From Salpingoeca rosetta (Eukaryota; Protista; Choanoflagellata), in the NCBI GenBank assembly GCA_033442325.1, contig JAWQFM010000007.1:1778019-1831210 (forward strand): a stretch of 53,192 bases of DNA. Reading direction: 5' to 3'. Position 1 is the stretch's first letter. The number at the start of each line of letters is the position of its first letter. Of this stretch, positions 14,217 to 37,539 are shown piece after piece. The notes below the pieces were generated by a model. That model did no database searches. It was not told where the DNA came from and was given only the letters and a program-made list of their open reading frames with translations. The translations under genes were made by a program, and so were the position numbers.

Positions 14217-14701
14217 GAGTAAAAACTTGTTGAAAACCCAAAGGGCATTTCATGAATGAGGGAAACTTGGTTTTCTGAACTACTAGAGCTAAAATCAATA
14301 GATGAAATAGCGGTATATCCCAACACTAAATTTTTCAGCTAAAGGGGCATAGGGCTCATTAGGCAACAATTCTATGGTAGGGTCTGTATCTTTTGATATT
14401 GCAACCAAAGTAAAATAATGGGCATATTTTTCATGGAGAAAAGAACGTTCTAAGCTTATTTTCAGCTCTTTTTTTAACCCACTTTCCCATACCCCATTTT
14501 CAATTTGAAACTCAAAATCGGATTCATACCCTCCACCCGATTTTTCAGAAAATAATTGGTCAGAATCATTTGATGATTTCGGGAAGCTCTTCACAGAAAA
14601 ATAATCCATATCAGATACCAGAGGTTCATCATCTCCAATAGTGTAAGCTGAATAGTGGTTAACCAAATTTTCTGGCAAATTCAGATAATCCATTTGATAG
14701 G

Positions 14702-14704
<3 letters not shown>
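14217..14704 (-). other. AT-rich bacterial-type coding fragment, similar to a Bacteroidetes contractile injection system (eCIS) baseplate protein; probable contaminant read or recent insertion
   Basis: Abrupt switch to AT-rich DNA with no introns or microsatellites, between a gap and a (CA)n run. The minus frame reads YQMDYLNLPENLVNHYSAY...SFLHEKYAHYFTLVAISK..LLPNEPYAPLAEKFSVG and, after a 1-nt shift near 14320, YTAISSIDF...LIHEMPFG. Confidence 0.6.
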
Positions 14705-14796
<92 letters not shown>

Positions 14797-14889
14797 GCAC
14801 ACACACAAAAAGCACACACAAAGCACAACCCCACCACTAACAATTTGTGGTGTCCCAAACTGCATGGAAACGCGGGCGCAAATCTCAAA

Positions 14890-17800
14890 ATGGACAACAG
14901 CAGCAGGCAAGCGCAACAGCACAGCAGCGGTGCTGTGGCTGTGCACGACGTGCGACACATGGTGGGGCAGGCTGTGGAACGGGCTGCTGAGCAGCTGGCT
15001 TCATTGTCAGTCGCAGCACCAGCCTCCACCACGTCTACCACATCCACCACCAACAACAGCCACAGTCATATCACCAGCGCCGGTTATCAAGGGTCGCCCC
15101 TCTCCTCGTCGTCTGCTCTGCCACAATCCCACAGTCACTCTCCACACCGGCCACACCAGCCACGCCAAGTCCACCACCGGCACCGATCCCATCCGCACCA
15201 CCACCAACAACAGCTTCCGCGGCAGTCGGCTCCCGCTGCTCTTTCGCCACTGGCACCAGCAAAGCAGCTGTTGGAAGGCCGGTCGCTTGCAGCACGCGCC
15301 CGCAGGAAACGGGAGCTGCACACGCCAAAGCGACAACAGCACAACTACTCCACCGCCCACCTCATCTCTGGCGCAGACACACATCAAGAGGTCTGGGTGT
15401 TGCGCTCTGCAGCGTATGCGAACATCCCCTGCTTTTGTGTCAGCGATGATATGGGCTACGTTGCTGGTGCTGCTGTTGCTGGTGCTGCTGCTTTAACATG
15501 GTCGTTTTGCTGCCCTTGCCTGAAGCCCATCGTCCGTGCTCCGTGTCTTGCTTATCGTTCGTGCACTTGCTCTTCTTGGCGAATGATGGCAGGACATCAA
15601 CATGAAAGAGGCTCTCATGGATGCAGAGCGGCAGCAGCGAGAGCGTCAAGGGGAGATGAAAAAGTACTTTGTGACGCACAACCTCTTTACCAAGTTTGAG
15701 GTGTGTACATGGTCGTGAACGTGTGTGCGCGCGGAGTGAGTGAGCGAGTGCGCGTGTGCATGTGTGTGCGTGTGCACGCAACAGTGCGTTGTGCACTCAA
15801 CCAGGTTGTGTCTTCTTTCGCACAGGCAATGGTAACGTGTATTGCGGTTGACCGGCCCGAGAACCACAAGCAGCAGCTGCTGGCCATGCTGCGAAGATTG
15901 CGAGACTTTGACGGCGTCGTCACATGGTGAGTTAGCTCTGGATGCATGTACATGCTTGTGTGTCTGCACGTGTGTGTGTGTCTGCATGTGTGTGTGTGTG
16001 TGTTCGTGTGTGTTCGTGTGAGTGTGTGCGCACGTGTGTGTGTGTGTGTATGTGTGTGTGTGTTTGTATGCCTGTGGGCAGCTGCACCCGCGAGAGCATA
16101 TGGAAGACGGACAGGCATGTGCGACGCTTCGCAAGGAGAGCACGCAGTCTACAGCCCTCTGCCCTTGCATTGTCTTACAACTTTGTGGTCATGATGAATG
16201 CAGGGATATGTTTGTACCGCCACACAAGCGACCCCCGCACCGGCCCTTACCATATTGGATGACACGCGGCGACGAAGACGATGACAGAGTAGGTGTGCGG
16301 CGGGAGTTTGTGTGCAGGTTGCTACGCGGGTGTTGCGTGAGCATGATGATGGGTGTGTGTGTGTGCTTGTGTGTGTGCTTGTGTGTGTGCTTGTGTGTGT
16401 GCTTGTGTGCTTATTTGTGAATGCCTGTTTGCCTGCCGTGTGAATGCATGTTTGCCTGCTGCTTGCCGTATTTTTCCATAGCTCACTCATCACCTGCCAC
16501 CCGCACACGTGCTGCAACCAGCCAACTCCGGAAATGTACCAGAAGGCCTATGCGTTCAACACAAAGAGGATTTTGGGGCCAGTTGTCAAGTGAGTTTGGT
16601 CGTGTGCTCGTTTGACTTGCGTGTTGTACGACTGGTCGCATCACCTTTTTGACTGTTCGTATCACCTTTGGAATGCAATAACTTGCTTTTGAGTCCAACT
16701 TTCATCCCCTCATGGCACAATCCACCGCCGCCATCGGCGCACCTCTGTGCTTTGCGCTGCTACGCAGATCTTGGGTTGAGTGGTACAAGATGCGTCTTCG
16801 TCTCAAAGCAGAGCTGTATCGCCGACTCGACATGGCCCTCGAGCACTACCAGTGCGTAATGCAACCCGCTGTAATGCACATCCTAACGATTCGCTCGCGG
16901 GCACGTGTGTGTGTGTGTGTCTGGATTACACGTAGAAGACACTCATGTACCTCGCTTGCATTTGTCAATCTTGGTCCACCCACATGGTTACACGCACACG
17001 CGCACACACACACACACGCACGCACGCACACACGCACGCACAGTCGATCGTTGTTGAAGCGATACATCAAGCCGTGGGTGCAGTTCAAGAACGACATGCA
17101 GGTGTGCACATGCTGTCATGATGCGTGTTGCTGTACACATACGTTTGCATGTGTATATGTGTGTGCCGTGGGTGGGGGGTTACACGCACGATTTTGCACC
17201 TCCTTGTCCATCAACTTGTGGCATCACAACATGAATGGCGCGACGGTGTGTTCGCTCAACCTATTAACACAAACACCCCCCCCCACACACACACACACAC
17301 ATATGCACACACACGCACACACATGCCCGCGCAGGAGAAGCGACGGCAAGTGATTACGCGCATGCGCGGGCGACGAAAAGACAATCTTGTCCGTGTTGTC
17401 TTCAGCGCCTGGCGAGAATACGCAGCACAGTCAAAGCTCGCATCCCAATACTTCAAGGTGTGTGCAGATATGTGTGTGTGCGGATATGTGGTTGTGGACG
17501 GCTTTGTGAGCAATGAGCATGTTGAGCAATCATAATTTCAATTCAAATACACACATACACGCACATTCATCCGCGAGTGGAATCAACAACCAACTTCAAC
17601 GCACATCATCATCGTCATTGTGCGCACCAACAGAACATTTCGAAGACGCAGGAGCAACCTCGGGACACACTCGCGCAGGAAACGGACCACTTCTCCGCTC
17701 TTCCGTATGACATCAGAGTAAAGGTGCGCGGCCTGTGGCGACGTGTTGAATCAGGACGCGAGCGCCCGCTCACACATTTACACCAACCGCACATGATCAC

Positions 17801-19028
17801 ACATACACGTAACACTCACGCTGACACACACACACACACATTTGCACATTCGCACATTCACACACATATGTGTACACAACCACAAACACAGATCTTGTCA
17901 CACGTCGGCATCCTTGACCGAATGCGGTGCGCGATGGTGTGCCGGACGTGGCGAGAAGTGGCGCAGGACGCGTCGCTGTGGGGCAGCGTGCTCTTCTCCG
18001 AACTCGGAGCCTCGTGCTCGGACGAGGCTGTGAGTCAGATTGTCGATAAGTACAAGACGTTCATCTGCAAGGTGAACATGCGCGGGTGCAGCAGCGTGAC
18101 CAACGTTGGATTCAGCCAGCTTGGCCAGTGCCACAACTTGCAGGACCTCAACCTCTCCGACTGTTGCATTCTTCGCGTGAGTTCAACCATTTGTGCGTGG
18201 GTGTATGTGTATGTATGTCTGTCTGGCTGTGTGTATTTGTGCATGCGTGTACGTATGCGTATGTCTTTGTGGTGGTTGTTGAATTGCTCACGCAGGCATC
18301 GCTAGCCACTTGATGCGATCAAATCACCCTGTCATTGATCGGCCTCCCCCTTCCTCACACACACACACACACACACACACTCTCTCTCTCTCTCACTCAC
18401 ACTCACTCACTCACTCACACACTCTCTCACTCTCTCTCACACACACACACATACACACACGCAGGATGCGGCGATCAAGGCGATTGTTGAGGGCTGTCCG
18501 GCACTCATCTACCTCAATCTCGCCTGCTGTGGCATCACAGACCTCTCCCTCAAGTACCTCTCCAAACACTGCGTCAACCTCTCGTATCTCAGGTAACCCG
18601 GTTCTCTCGGGTCGTTGCTGCTCCGTGCGTGCCTGCAGGCATCGCTGCTCGTGTGTTTGATATCTGCGGCTTGCGACATCGTTGTGTAACGCACGGTGGT
18701 CGTGACCCCGCCTGCTCCCCCCCCACACACGCACCACACCTGGAGGACATTGTACAAACAGGCGCTCTCGCGTCAGCCCTGATGGCCATCACACCCTACC
18801 CCACTTGATGACACCACACGCTTATTGCATGCCATTGCATCACGTTGTATGAAACTGCATGACTCTTCAGCCTGGCGTGTTGCGAAAACATCACGGACGC
18901 AGGCTGCATGTATCTCACAGAAGGCAGCGGCTGCCAAAGCCTTTTCTGGCTGGTGAGAACCCCAGTCGTGTGTGTGTGTGTGTGCGTGCGTGCGTGTGTG
19001 TGTGTGCGTGCGTGTGTGTGTATGTGTG

Positions 19029-19060
<32 letters not shown>

Positions 19061-19289
19061 TGTGTGCGTGTGTGTGTACCTACTGAGGACGGTCAAGTTG
19101 AGGTCTTGTGTTGCGTGCACTCGCCAGTGCTCTACTCACCCCATTCCCAACATGTGGGGCAACGCCAGGATCTGAGCTGCTGTCCACAGCTGGGCGATGT
19201 TGGTCTTGCCAGTATTGGCGCCAAGTGCACAAATCTCTCCACTGTTCTTCTCAACGACCTCTCCCGCATGACAGACGCAGGTGATGTTT

Positions 19290-19328
<39 letters not shown>

Positions 19329-19945
19329 TTGTTCTATTGCTGTTATTGCTGCTGTTGTAGTTGTTGTACTTGTTGCTGTGATGTTATTGTGTGCGTGCTC
19401 GAAATGCACCTCCTTCTCCTTCTCCTTCTCCTTCTCCTTCTCACAAGATGTTGCTCTATTCTGACCCTCCCGTCTCTCCACTCACCCGCTACCCACGCTG
19501 TTTACTTGCAGGCCTCGGTGACCTTGTTCAAAGTTGCCCATATATCACCCAGCTCAGGTGCAACGATTGTGATGCTGCTCTGTGTTTTCATCTCCATCAC
19601 ACACACACACACTTTCACACACACACACACACATATCACATCACATCCCAACCGAACTGGAAACATTGCACCACGTTATCCAACTTACCTCACTCCTCTC
19701 ACTCATCTCTCGCCGCACGTACCACCACACGACAACCTCACAGCCTGCGCGCGTGCCCGCAAGTGACGGACGAAGGCCTGACGATGATTGGCAAACACTG
19801 CACGTGTCTGTCTCACATTGAGCTCACAGCAAACGCCCGCGTCACCTCAGAGGGCATCACGGGCCTCTGCTTACGCACTGTACGTTTTCGACAAGAAGAC
19901 GGGGGAGGGGGGTGTTTTGTTCCCTGTTCGTGCATGTGTGTGTGC

Positions 19946-19983
<38 letters not shown>

Positions 19984-21037
19984 CACAGCGGAGTACGTGC
20001 GTTGCTTGAGCGCAACTTGTTGTTGTCCACATGCATGTTGGGTCACTCGTGCTCGTCCCTTTCTTCTTACACTCCACACATTCACTCGATAACACACATT
20101 CCTCATCCGCCAACCCCCCGCCCCTTTCGCTGCCATCGTTGACATCCTCTAGAAACTGTCACATGTGGTGATCAACGACTGCCCGCGCGTGCGTGACGGC
20201 GCCACTGTTGGCCTTGCACAGCAGCACCTCTCCTACCTCGACTTGTCCGAGTGCGCCGGGCTCACCGACAGCGCGCTGAAGACTATTGCCCAATCAGGCC
20301 CTGCGCGCTCCTCCCTTCAAGTCGTCAAGCTGTCCTCCCTGCCGCGCATCACCGACACGGGCATTCGCCACTTTGGCCGCGGTGTTGCAAACGCATACCA
20401 CCTGGACCTGAGCTACTGCACCAACGTGACGGACGGCAGCCTGGGCGTGCTCATCACGCACACGGGCCGGCTCTCCGAGCTGAACCTGGCCGGGTGCGAC
20501 AACGTTGGCGACGGCACGCTTCAGGCGCTGCAGGCAAGCGACATCACCACACTCGAATGGCTGGACCTGACCGAGTGCACTGCGCTGACGGACCAAGGGC
20601 TTGAGGCGCTGGCGTTCTCAAGCCCGCTGCTGCGGCACCTGTGCCTTGCCGGGTGCACGAGCATCAGCGACGACGCGTTCAAGGAGCTGGCGTACGGCTG
20701 CCAGCGGCTGGAGTGGCTGTCGATTGCCTACTGCGACCAACTCACGGACCGGTCGCTGCAGCTCATTGGCACGGGGTGCAAGAAGCTGCGCACCCTGCAC
20801 CTCTTTGGGCTGCCCAACATCACCAATTCTGCGTTTGAGCACGTGTTGTCCACGTGCAAGAGCCTGCGCACGGTGTCTGTGTCGAGCAGCTCGCAGATCT
20901 CCCGCTCCGTGATTGCGCGTGCGCGCGTGTCGTACCCGCACCTCCGCATCCACTACGATATGGACGAGCCCATGTTTGACTCGCAGATGCCGCTGCGCAC
21001 CTTCTACGCGCCAGAGATTCTGGAGGAGTTTGAGTGA
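14890..21037 (+). CDS. FBXL13: F-box/LRR-repeat protein 13 (dynein regulatory complex subunit 6)-like, multi-exon
   Basis: N-terminal [29 protein letters not shown] (docking-helix-like) and W-containing Sfi1-like repeats. F-box reads [43 protein letters not shown]. Cys-containing LRRs ([49 protein letters not shown]) are collinear with animal FBXL13. The last exon (~20153-21037) ends [14 protein letters not shown]. The start codon is tentative. Confidence 0.85.
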
Positions 21038-21438
21038 CGTGACGTGCTGCCATATCGGGTGATGTAAGAAACTGCCTGCTGTGCCGTGTCACTTGCGTGT
21101 GCGTGTGCCATGTGTGTTTCGTTTTCTGTCGTCGTCCACCAGGTTTTGTTTCTTTTTTCCCCAGCTGCTGACATTGTTAGATCTGATCTGCACCATTTGA
21201 CGCAATGGCGTCATGCTGCGAGCTGCTGCTCCTGCTGTTGTTGCTGCTGTTGTTGTTGCTGTTAGCCGCAGTACACATTGCTTCTGCTTGTCATGCACAA
21301 TGACATGAAAGAAAGAAAGGCGGATGCTGCCAGCCAGCCGCCAGCGGCACATCACATGCTCATGGCGACAGCACAAAATGCATTGTCACCCAAACAACAA
21401 GCACAACAACAACAACAAAGGCAAACAACAAGCAAGCC

Positions 21439-22072
21439 ATGGAGCCCGCGACCACCACCTCTGCAGCGGCGGTGGCGGTGGACATCCCACATGAACGGGA
21501 CTTTGACGGGCTTGCACGCACGCTCACCTCTGCACGAAATGACCTCATGTTCATCATGGGCTTGTGCATGCAGCAAGCGAAAGGTGCGCGCCGTGCCTTT
21601 GCCACAAACCGACAGCTTTTCTCATCACGACATTGTGGCCATTGTTCTGTTTGTGTGTGTGTGTGTGTGTGCTCTCTGAGTTGTCAAGGTCGTGCAGGCA
21701 AAGCCTTGCTTGCCGCCACACCACAACGCAGCACACCACATAATGCGCATGTATGTTTTCTCACCGTCACCATTATAACAGCAACACCAATGTAACAACA
21801 CCGCATACAACGCACGCACATGCGCCATGCATGCGTGCAGAGCATGTGGGGAAGCTGCCCACCATGGTTGGTGTTTGCGGCCGCAAGTTTGCCTGTGCAG
21901 CGTCGTCGTTCCTCATGCTCAAGTTCCTCCCAGAGTACCGCTTCCTGGAAGGTAAGCCCTGCACGCTCAACTACGCTGCTTGTTGAATTGCATGGAACAG
22001 TGTGCAGTTGTTATCTGACTTGGTGCGTGCTTGCACTTCCTCCTCTGTGTGTGTGTATGTGTATGTGTGTTG

Positions 22073-22117
<45 letters not shown>

Positions 22118-23869
22118 CGTGCGTGTGCAGACATTACCAAAGGTGGTGACTACGAGGAGCCCCTCCCCTTGGCGCAGAGGATTCACGTGCATCTCAAGGA
22201 CACACAGGTGCCTGCAAGCGCGCTCAATGCTCTGGAAGACCTTCGCGTGTTTGGCAACACGGAGATGTTCGTTTACGGCAACGCCCGCACGCTTGACGTT
22301 GAGGAGCAGCTCAAGGTGCGACAAATAGCGTCACCTGTTTGTGTTGCGGTGACATGAAATCACAACCATCGCAGGTTGAAAAGCAACTTGATTCATCGCT
22401 CCAGAACTCCAGCAATATGTTGCAGTCCACATTGCCAAGTCACGTCGCGCCTCATTCACACACACACGCAACACACACACACACACACACACGCAACACA
22501 CACACAACACAACACACACACACATACACATACACACACACTAACAAACACACACACTAACAAACACACACACGCACGCACACACACATACAAACACACA
22601 ACCAATCGCGCAATGCGTGTGCAGGTGTTGTTTCTGATGCGGTTGCTGGGCAAGTACATTGTGCGCGGCGGGTCTGTGGGTCAGCGCGTGCGAACGAGCG
22701 CACGGCCAGATGGGCGGCAGGCTCAACCACCAGGGCCAAAGGCAATATATGTCCGCACCAAGGGGCATCACGCCCACAAGCACGCCCACAAGCACACACA
22801 ACACAGCCACGAGCAAGGCAGCAAAGCAGAAAACGACAACAGTAGCGGCGACCATCGCCACAGCCACAACCACAGCACTGGAGACGCTGGTCACGCCACG
22901 CAGCCGCAAGTCATGCTGACAACACACGACGGAGAAACCCGCCCCGTCCCCGCTTCCTCACCGCCAAGCAACAAACAAAACCAGCTACACAACAACCACC
23001 ACCACCAGCAGCAGCACAACAACAAGCAGCAGCAGCAGCAGCAGCAGCGGGAGGAGAGCGAGATTGAGGAAGCGTTTGACGAGCAGAAACACGGCGGCCT
23101 GGAGCGCTCACAGACGCGCGTGCTGTCGCCATCAGCACTGCACCCGTCATATGGCGAAGAGGGCACCTTGGGCGACACGGCAGCGTCTGCAGTCACGACG
23201 TCGTCCAAGGCCTCAGCGCCGGGGGAGGAGGAGTACACGGCGTTCATGCGTGACATCGACGATGCACACGAACAGGCGCTGGAAAGAGAGGAGATGAAGC
23301 ACAGGCTGCGCGCCGATCCACAGCAGCAGCATGATGGGAAGAAGGGTGGTGCAGCCGGGAGAGGAAGAGGAAGGGGCAGAGGAAGAGGAAGGGGTAGGGG
23401 TAGGGGTGGAAGAGGTGGTGGAAGCAAGCATGCTCCTCGCCTGTCCAAGGGGAAGCTTGGGCTGATGGCGTTTGACGATGACGGTGGGCTGACGCGGCGG
23501 GAAACCAACTTCTCTGCGGAGGATTTGCAGAACGACCAGCTGCGGTCGCGGCGCTCGACGGGCCAGAGCCTGTCGCTGCCGGCGCTCATGTCGTCGTCGC
23601 CGTCCCAGCAGCACCTTCTCTTGCAACAGCAGCAACTCATCATCCAGCAGCAGCAACAGCTCCTTCAACAGCAGAAGCAGCAACAGCCCGCACCATTGTC
23701 AAAGTCGCCGTCGTCGTCATTGCAGCACAAACAAGCAAAGCCTCCACCGAAGCAGCAACAGCAGGTGTCGCCAGGGCGATTGCGACGACGTATGGGGGAC
23801 GGTCCGTCCCCCGTGAGGAAACGCGGTGGTGGTAGCGGTGGTGGTCGTGGTCGTGGTGTGTCTCCACCG

Positions 23870-23904
<35 letters not shown>

Positions 23905-24124
23905 CACTTCCCCCGGTGCTCACGGTCTTGGAAAGAAGCGCGCATCGCCAAACGGCAACAGGGGAAAGAAGAAGGCAGTGGCAGCCGCCAAGAATCAGAG
24001 CGGCAGCAGCGGCGGCGGCAGTGGTGCTGGTGATGCCAGGAGCCCTGGACACCGCAATGCACGCGCACCGCCACCGCGACTGCAGGCTCCCAAGCGGAGC
24101 AAGGAGAGCATTCTTGTTGTCTGA
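21439..24124 (+). CDS. Hypothetical protein: small globular N-terminal domain (possible DUF4145/HEPN-like) plus long disordered Q/RG/K-rich tail
   Basis: Exons 21439-21583, 21841-21951, 22131-22315 and 22625-24124 join in frame with GT..AG sites. The last exon has RG repeats and poly-Q. TGA at 24122-24124. Confidence 0.75.
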
Positions 24125-25644
24125 GACAAACTCGTGCCATTGTGGTGTTGTGTATGTGTGCGTGGAATGTAAAGTGTGTGTGTGTGTGTGTTTTGTGTGT
24201 GTTTTGTGTAGCGTGCCGTATGTGTGTATGCGTGTGCGTGTGAGTTGTAGCCTGTAGTGTGTGCATGTGTGCAGTGCCTTTGTGCAGCGTGGCCCGTGCG
24301 CTTGGGTGTACAGTGTGTGGCGCGTGCAGGCATGGTCCTCCTTCATCACGATCACATGACCTCCTCGTCCTAGCGTATATCTTTTTCATCATCACCTGGC
24401 AGCTGGACTTGTTCGTATGCACACTTTTACCTTTCATTGGCTGCTTTTGCTTCATGCTTGTCTTGGTTCTCAATTGATTTGCTGCTGCTGCTGCTGCTCT
24501 GTGTTATTGACACCCATTCCCTTTGATTTGCTGTGCTTTGTATTCTTCCACGACTACTGTGTGGATGTAAATGAGACTTTGCCTGCTTCACGACGTGACG
24601 CACAGAGAAGGGGTGCGTGTGTGAGTGCGTGAGTGAGTGAGCGTGTGAGTGAGAGAGCGTGTGAGTGAGTGTGCGTGTGTGTGAGTGCGTGAGTGAGTGT
24701 GCGTGTGAGTGAGAGAGGGGCGCGCGCACATGCACACACAGACACACAGACACAGACACACACACAGACAGACACACACACACACACACAGACACACAGA
24801 CACACAGACACACACACACACCTCAACAAGGCACACACACAACTCAAGGCACACAACACACCGCGCGCAATCTTTGAAGATATGGGTAATATTCCGTGTC
24901 CACCAATTTTATTTTTTTGTTTGGTTTTGCGCCAACAGCCGCAGACACAGCAGCAAGACAAGTCAGCGACTGTTGACGAAAAGGGAAAGGGTGGTGGTGG
25001 TTCCAGCAGCAGCAGAAGGAGAGCCAAGCCACAAAGACCCAGTCAGCGAGTGAACGAGAGGCTGGTAGCTGGACATTGGTGCGTCGACAAGAGACAAGCA
25101 CAAGGACAGCACCCTCAAAGGCGGTAAGGTCTTGTTTGCTGGCTGTTGATTCCAGACACGCGCATGTTGAAGGGGTTTTGACGGTTTCCACCATCGCTAT
25201 TCCTTGGCCTCTCTCTCTCTCTCGTATGTGTCGATCCCGTTCTTGTGGTTCTTGTGTCGGGGTCATCACATCATCATCGCTGTCCATGGTTCAACCTAAG
25301 CGGCATGCTTGGCATTCTTTGCTTGCAACGGCGCCGCCACTGGCGTTGCGGCATACACGCCTCAACAACAGCACCAGCACCACTCACACGACTGTTTGCG
25401 TGCTGTCGCTCGCTCACACTCGCCACTTTGCCACTGCTGCTGCTTTCGCTGGTTTCTGGTTTTGTGCTGGCGGACCCTTGTCACGCCGTCGCTGTTGTTG
25501 TCGCTGTTGGTTTGTCTCTGTGTTGCCGCCGTGGTCCTTGCAATCACTGGCGTCTCTGGTGCATGTGACAGTCAGAGAGAGTGTGTGTGAGAGACAGAGA
25601 GAGATAGCAACAGGCCCTCGTGGAGTGAGTGAGGCACAACCACA

Positions 25645-35408
<9,764 letters not shown>

Positions 35409-36128
35409 TGTGGGACGCAACACCTGTTTTGTTGGTTGTTTTGGTGTCTGTGCCTCTCCCTGGGTTCCTTTGTTTCTTCTCCCCCCCCCCGCCTTCTTCT
35501 CTGCGTGTGTGCTGTGCTTGTGGTGATGGTTGTAGTGTTACGGGTTTGTTTCTACTCACAGAGAACAAGGTTTGGTTTTGCGGTTGTGTGTCAACTTCAC
35601 ACTGTGCCACCCCCACATCGTGTTGATGCGCTTGGCTTGTAGCACGCTGTTCTTGTGGCTTTCTGCGAACAAGCAAGCAAGCAAGCGAGTGTGCAGGTGA
35701 TTGTTTTGCTGTTTGTCTTTGGCAATGGTGGTGGTAGTGGTTGTGGCGATGGGTGGTGCTGTTCATGTGCTGTCGATGTGCGACACAAGAAGCGACACAA
35801 GAAAAATCGAATGCTGGCACGACACGCCCTGCAAAGCCTGAATGAATGTTCATCATTGGTTGCTCTTCTTTCTGGTCACGTGTGTGTTTTGTATGCCAAG
35901 AGAAGGAAAGAAAGAAAGAAAGCACAGGCGAGTGGCAAAGAAGAACAGACAGAACACGAAACAACACTGCGTGGGACACACAGGATCAAAGGAACAACCA
36001 AGACCCGAACAAGCGTTTTGCACATCCACACATGCACACATACAAGGGCTGTTAACGAAGAAGCCACTCGCGTCCATCCACACACAATACACGGAGCACG
36101 ACAACGAAAGTTGGAGCATGCGTCCAAC

Positions 36129-37333
36129 TCAAAGGTCCTGGAACATCTTCTTGACAAAGAGCGAGTAGTTGACCTGGTCGTCCTCGTCCGGGTCGCACTC
36201 CTTGGCAAGCTGTTGCAGGGCATCGTCTGGGAGACCCTCACCAAGCGTCTTCATGAGGTGCATGAGCTCCTTGAGGGGGATGTAGCCGTTGTTGGACACG
36301 TCGAAAGTGCTGAAGGCCTCCTGCACCTCATCAAAGTCGGGCGACTCCTGCAGATGGATGACAGAGCGTTTGAGTGGCGAGGAGTGAGTGCAGAAGGGCA
36401 GACAGAGAGTGTATGTGTATGTGTGTCTGTCTGTGTGTCTGTGCGTGTGTGCGTGTGTGCGTGCGTGTGTGTGTGCGTGTGTGCGTGTGTGTGTGTGTGT
36501 GTCTGTGTGTGTATGTGTTTGTCTGTCTGCCCATCTGTTCAGGTGGTCGGAGATTTTGGTGAACATGTCAACACAAACAGACACACGCACGCACACACGC
36601 ACGCACAACGGTCGACATCATTCGACTCAGAAACGTACGGCGGCGTTGTACATGGCGGTGAACTTGGCGAGGTCAACCTCAGAGGCGCCATCCAGCAGCT
36701 CCTGCAAACGTGTGGGCACGTCATGCGCGCGAGCAGGTGTGAAAAAGAGGCAGGACAGGCAACACAAGAACACACGGTGGTGAGGGAACAAGCAGTGGGT
36801 TGGATGCGGGTAGGCAAGGAAGATGTTTCACGGACAGCAAACGGAAAACAAGATGACGAGCCAAAACAACAACTACAACAAGCCACGGCAACCAGCATGA
36901 CAGACTGGCGGGTGGTCGTGGACAAACGAACACGGTAACAAAAAAAAAAAAAAAACACAGAGGAAGCGGGACGGGCGTTTGCGCCTTCTTGCGTGCTTGC
37001 ACAGCATCAACACAACACAGTGTGCGAGCACACAAACACACACAAACACACAGACACGCACAAACACAGACACACACACGCGCACACACACATTTACGCA
37101 CAAACACACACAAACACACACCCATACAGGGACATGGGACACGGTTCAACAACGAAACACAAACATCGAACAGAAAACCCGTGAACAAGCAGGCATATAT
37201 ACACCTCGAGGTCCTCTGTGGAGGGGCTCTTGCCCAGCGTGCGCAGTGCGGTGGCAGCAGCGTCCTTGCCAATCTTTCCGCTACCGTCCTTGTCGAACAA
37301 GGAGAAGCAGAGGGTCACGTCGTCAGAGGCCAT
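36129..37333 (-). CDS. Small EF-hand protein, myosin light chain / calmodulin-like (136 aa, 3 exons)
   Basis: Exons 37333-37205, 36701-36639 and 36347-36129 give [136 protein letters not shown]. Confidence 0.92.
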
Positions 37334-37539
37334 CTTCTTCTGGGGAAAGGGAAGGACGAGCGTTGGCTGGCTGGTGGTTGCTGTCGTTTGGTTTGGTTGG
37401 TGCAGAGTTGTTGTCGTCGTCGTGTATGGGCGATGGGCGGTGGCCTTTTTTTGTTGGTGTTTTGATGTGACGACTATTCATTGAAGGTTTCAGCAAATAA
37501 TCTTCTGGCCTAGACAATAAAAATTCTGCTGCACCGAAA

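Noticed and set aside
14295-15056. 253-aa minus-strand ORF as a single gene
   Set aside because: It is a chimera of FBXL13 antisense sequence, a (GT)n run and the bacterial-type fragment.
35655-36938. 427-aa ORF on the + strand
   Set aside because: It is the antisense shadow of the EF-hand gene plus repeats, with no recognisable domain.
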